A DNA stretch of 64,000 nucleotides from contig OZ244044.1 in NCBI GenBank assembly GCA_965215275.1, positions 128,001-192,000 on the forward strand, written 5' to 3'. The DNA comes from Thermodesulfobacteriota bacterium (GTDB lineage: Bacteria; Desulfobacterota_D; UBA1144; Nemesobacterales; JAJCZQ01). The notes beneath the pieces are model-generated. The model was not told the origin of the DNA, searched no databases, and was given only the letters and a program-made list of their open reading frames with translations. Of this stretch, positions 61,218-64,000 are shown piece after piece (within the stretch, counting starts at the first letter, position 1; every line of letters starts with the position of its first letter). The position numbers were made by a program, and so were the translations under genes.

Positions 61218-64000
61218 TTACTGAATTCCAAGCACTTCAGCGTCTCTGTCACAGAGCATTCCACCGTCGGTCCTTTTCTTTACGGTCTCATCACGTTTCC
61301 AGGACCTTTCACATCGTGCTTCCATCGTTAGATCATTGACTTCGACCTTCAGGTCGTTACCGTTCTTTATATTGAAACGGCTTACTCCGCAGAGGTCGGC
61401 AAGTTCAGGTTCATAGGGTTTTATAGTATTATAGAGGTCGCTGTTTAAACTTATCTGAATACCAGCGTCCAGCGGATTGGAAATACCGTGCGATTTGGCC
61501 TCTTCAAGTCGTTTCATACATTGACTTCGTATGTTCAAGACCTCGTTCCAGGCGTTATCCAGCTTAATACTTTCAACGTCGGGGAATTCAGTAAGATGTA
61601 CACTTTTTACATCATCAGCCCCGCACTGTTCATTAAGGCACCTGTATGCTTCATCAGCGGTATGTACTAATATTGGTGCCAGTAATCTTATTAAACCATC
61701 TGCTATATCGTACATAATGGTCTGGGAGCGTCTGCGGCGTCTGCTGTCCCGCCTGTCGCAGTATAACCTGTCTTTTACAGCTGCCAGATAAACTGAACTT
61801 AAAGTTTCAGAGCAGAAACTGAATATTAACTCCCCTGCCCTTTTGTAATCAAATTCAGAATAAGCTTTTTTTGTTCTTGTGACGAATATAGAAAAATTTA
61901 CATAGGCCCAGTGGTCAATGGACAGCTTATCTTCATCCGCTGTAAGGTCTGTTTTGTCTTTCTCGGGGTCAAAATCGCTTATATTGCCCAGCAGGAACCT
62001 GATCGTGTTTCTGATCTTCCTGTACTCGTCAGCTGCAACTTCAAAGTATCTCCAGTCCGTCTTTATGTCATTTGAGTATTTTAAGTTACTGACCCACCAT
62101 CTGCATACATCTGCTCCGTGTTTTTTTAATATTTCATCCACATCCAGTGCATTTCCGCCTGATTTGCTCATCTTTTTACCGTGAACGTCGACCATAAAGC
62201 CGTGAGTGAGAATTCCCCTATATGGTGGTTCACCCGTCACTCCGAGTGCCAGGAGCAAAGACAGATGGAACCAGCCGCGATGTTGATCGGAACCTTCAAG
62301 GTAAAGGTCCGCCGGATATCCTATACTGCGTTTCTGGTGCTTTAAGACCGAGTTCCATGAAGAACCGGATTCGAACCACACGTCAAATATATCCATTCCC
62401 TTACTGAGCTTGCCTTTGATCAGTTCCGGTTCGTTCTTTATCCAGTCCGGTGCATCAGGGTCATCTGCGGGGTCGTAACCCTCAAGTATATGCTCGGCGT
62501 CTTCTATGAACCATACATCTGAACCTTTTTCTTTTATCTTGGAAGCAACAAGTTCCACGGTTCGTACCGTTAACAGATGCTCTCCCCTGTCATTGGTGAA
62601 GTAAGGTATTGGAAGTCCCCAGGACCTCTGTCTTGATATACACCAGTCCGGTCGTGCTTCAAGCATGCCTCTCAGCCTGTTCCTTCCCCATTCGGGGAAG
62701 AACCTTACTTTGTTCACTACGCCGTCAATAGCTTTGTCCCGCAGTGTCTTACCGTCTTTACCATAAGGCTTGTCAACGGCTACGAACCACTGTTTGGCTG
62801 CTCTGAAGATCGTAGGGGTCTTGCTGCGCCAGTCATGGGGATAGCTGTGAAAGTACTCCTCTTCATGGAACAGGTGCCCGTTTTTCCTTAGCGCATCGAT
62901 CACTAACTTATTTCCCTTCCATACGTTTACACCCTGCAGCCAGTCCGGAACGGTTTTATCAAAAGTACCGTCCTCCAGTACGGGGCAGTAAATGTCCAGT
63001 CCTTCCTTCAGTCCGGTCTGATAATCTTCGATCCCATGTCCTGGAGCAATGTGAACGATCCCTGTTCCATCTTCAAAAGTAACGTACTCTGCACCGACGA
63101 CCACACCACGTCTTTGCATGAATGGATGAACATAGGTAATGCCGCTTTCGGCAAGTTCATCTCCTTTGAAACTCCCGATCTTTTTGAAACTTCCCGTACC
63201 GGATCTGCCGAACACTTTTTCTGCAAGCAGTTCGGAAAGTATCGTGATTATTTTCTTACCCCAGTGCGTTATTTCATATAGACCGTAATCTCCCACTGGT
63301 GAAACGGCTGCTGCCAGGTTTGCCGGAAGCGTCCATGGAGTGGTCGTCCAGATCATCAGATAGATATCTTTTCCTGAAACTTCGACTGGTAAGGGCAAGT
63401 TATTAGTGTCGTCTATCTGAAAAAGGACAAAGATACTTTTATCCTTTCTGTCGTAGTACTCAAGTTCTGCGTCTGCAAGAGCTGTTTGATTTTCAATTGA
63501 CCAGTGGATCGGCTTCAGGTCCCTGTAAACGAGCCTGTTATCTATAAGCCGTGCGAACACTTCCAGAACCCCTACTTCATACCTGGGGACCATTGTCAGG
63601 TACGGGTTATCATAATTCCCGGTAGTTCCAAGCCGTTTCATCTGACCTGACTGGACCTTGACGAACTTACTGGCGTAATTAAAGCATTTATTTCTGATCT
63701 TCAGCTTTGTATAGCCCCTTGCACTGTCCCCCAGGTCTTTAAGGACCTTATGTTCAATGGGAAGTCCATGACAGTCCCAGCCGGGAATAAAATCCACGTT
63801 ATAGCCTTCCATGGTCTTGGACCTCACTACAAGGTCCTTGAGGACTTTATTTAAAAGATGTCCAAGGTGGATCGGTCCGTTCGCATAAGGAGGACCGTCG
63901 TGGAAAATAAATTTTTCCCTGTGTTCAGACCGCTCTCTTGTTTTTTCATAAAGCTTTTCCTCGGCCCAGGCCTTCTGGAGCGCGGGTTCACGCTGGGTTA
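61218..64000 (-). CDS. ileS: Isoleucine--tRNA ligase (5' end outside window)
   Basis: HDGPPYANGPIHLGH upstream of the tracked ORF; GWDCHGLP, WCISRQR, GSDQHRGWF and KMSKS motifs. Confidence 0.96.
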   Translation of the reverse strand, partial: TQREPALQKAWAEEKLYEKTRERSEHREKFIFHDGPPYANGPIHLGHLLNKVLKDLVVRSKTMEGYNVDFIPGWDCHGLPIEHKVLKDLGDSARGYTKLKIRNKCFNYASKFVKVQSGQMKRLGTTGNYDNPYLTMVPRYEVGVLEVFARLIDNRLVYRDLKPIHWSIENQTALADAELEYYDRKDKSIFVLFQIDDTNNLPLPVEVSGKDIYLMIWTTTPWTLPANLAAAVSPVGDYGLYEITHWGKKIITILSELLAEKVFGRSGTGSFKKIGSFKGDELAESGITYVHPFMQRRGVVVGAEYVTFEDGTGIVHIAPGHGIEDYQTGLKEGLDIYCPVLEDGTFDKTVPDWLQGVNVWKGNKLVIDALRKNGHLFHEEEYFHSYPHDWRSKTPTIFRAAKQWFVAVDKPYGKDGKTLRDKAIDGVVNKVRFFPEWGRNRLRGMLEARPDWCISRQRSWGLPIPYFTNDRGEHLLTVRTVELVASKIKEKGSDVWFIEDAEHILEGYDPADDPDAPDWIKNEPELIKGKLSKGMDIFDVWFESGSSWNSVLKHQKRSIGYPADLYLEGSDQHRGWFHLSLLLALGVTGEPPYRGILTHGFMVDVHGKKMSKSGGNALDVDEILKKHGADVCRWWVSNLKYSNDIKTDWRYFEVAADEYRKIRNTIRFLLGNISDFDPEKDKTDLTADEDKLSIDHWAYVNFSIFVTRTKKAYSEFDYKRAGELIFSFCSETLSSVYLAAVKDRLYCDRRDSRRRRRSQTIMYDIADGLIRLLAPILVHTADEAYRCLNEQCGADDVKSVHLTEFPDVESIKLDNAWNEVLNIRSQCMKRLEEAKSHGISNPLDAGIQISLNSDLYNTIKPYEPELADLCGVSRFNIKNGNDLKVEVNDLTMEARCERSWKRDETVKKRTDGGMLCDRDAEVLGIQ

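Overview
Bacterial chromosomal window, probably near the replication terminus: a dif-like site lies at 60661-60688 and KOPS polarity appears to flip across it. Gene content looks deltaproteobacteria-like, possibly Ca. Dadabacteria (low-confidence inference). Most of it is housekeeping: lepB, pyrR-pyrB-pyrC, a peptide ABC transporter, nfeD-slipin, tRNA-Leu(GAG), amidase-polX-ligA, ptsP, gltA, yceD-rpmF-fabDG-acpP-fabF, acnA-icd-mdh-sdh-sucC, dnaK-grpE-dnaJ, thrC-moaD and ileS. Four accessory pieces stand out. (1) A 1319-bp element (27905-29223) carries only an intact tnpB but is bounded by 25-bp terminal inverted repeats and a perfect 8-bp target-site duplication. This is DDE/IS1595-type architecture rather than IS200/IS605 or IS607 architecture, and the putative omegaRNA appears to fold into the TIR. 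(2) Two paralogous surface-protein cassettes encode a catalytically dead subtilase, a P-domain, Ig-like repeats and a GlyGly-Cys sorting tail. Each has two in-series poly-C tracts at the 5' end that currently put the gene out of frame. (3) A 2-kb AT-rich decayed phage fragment holds a gp19-like tail tube gene and an SbcC/gp46-like pseudogene. (4) An orphan ABC/AAA ATPase sits on an AT-rich islet. All calls come from reading the sequence; no searches were run.
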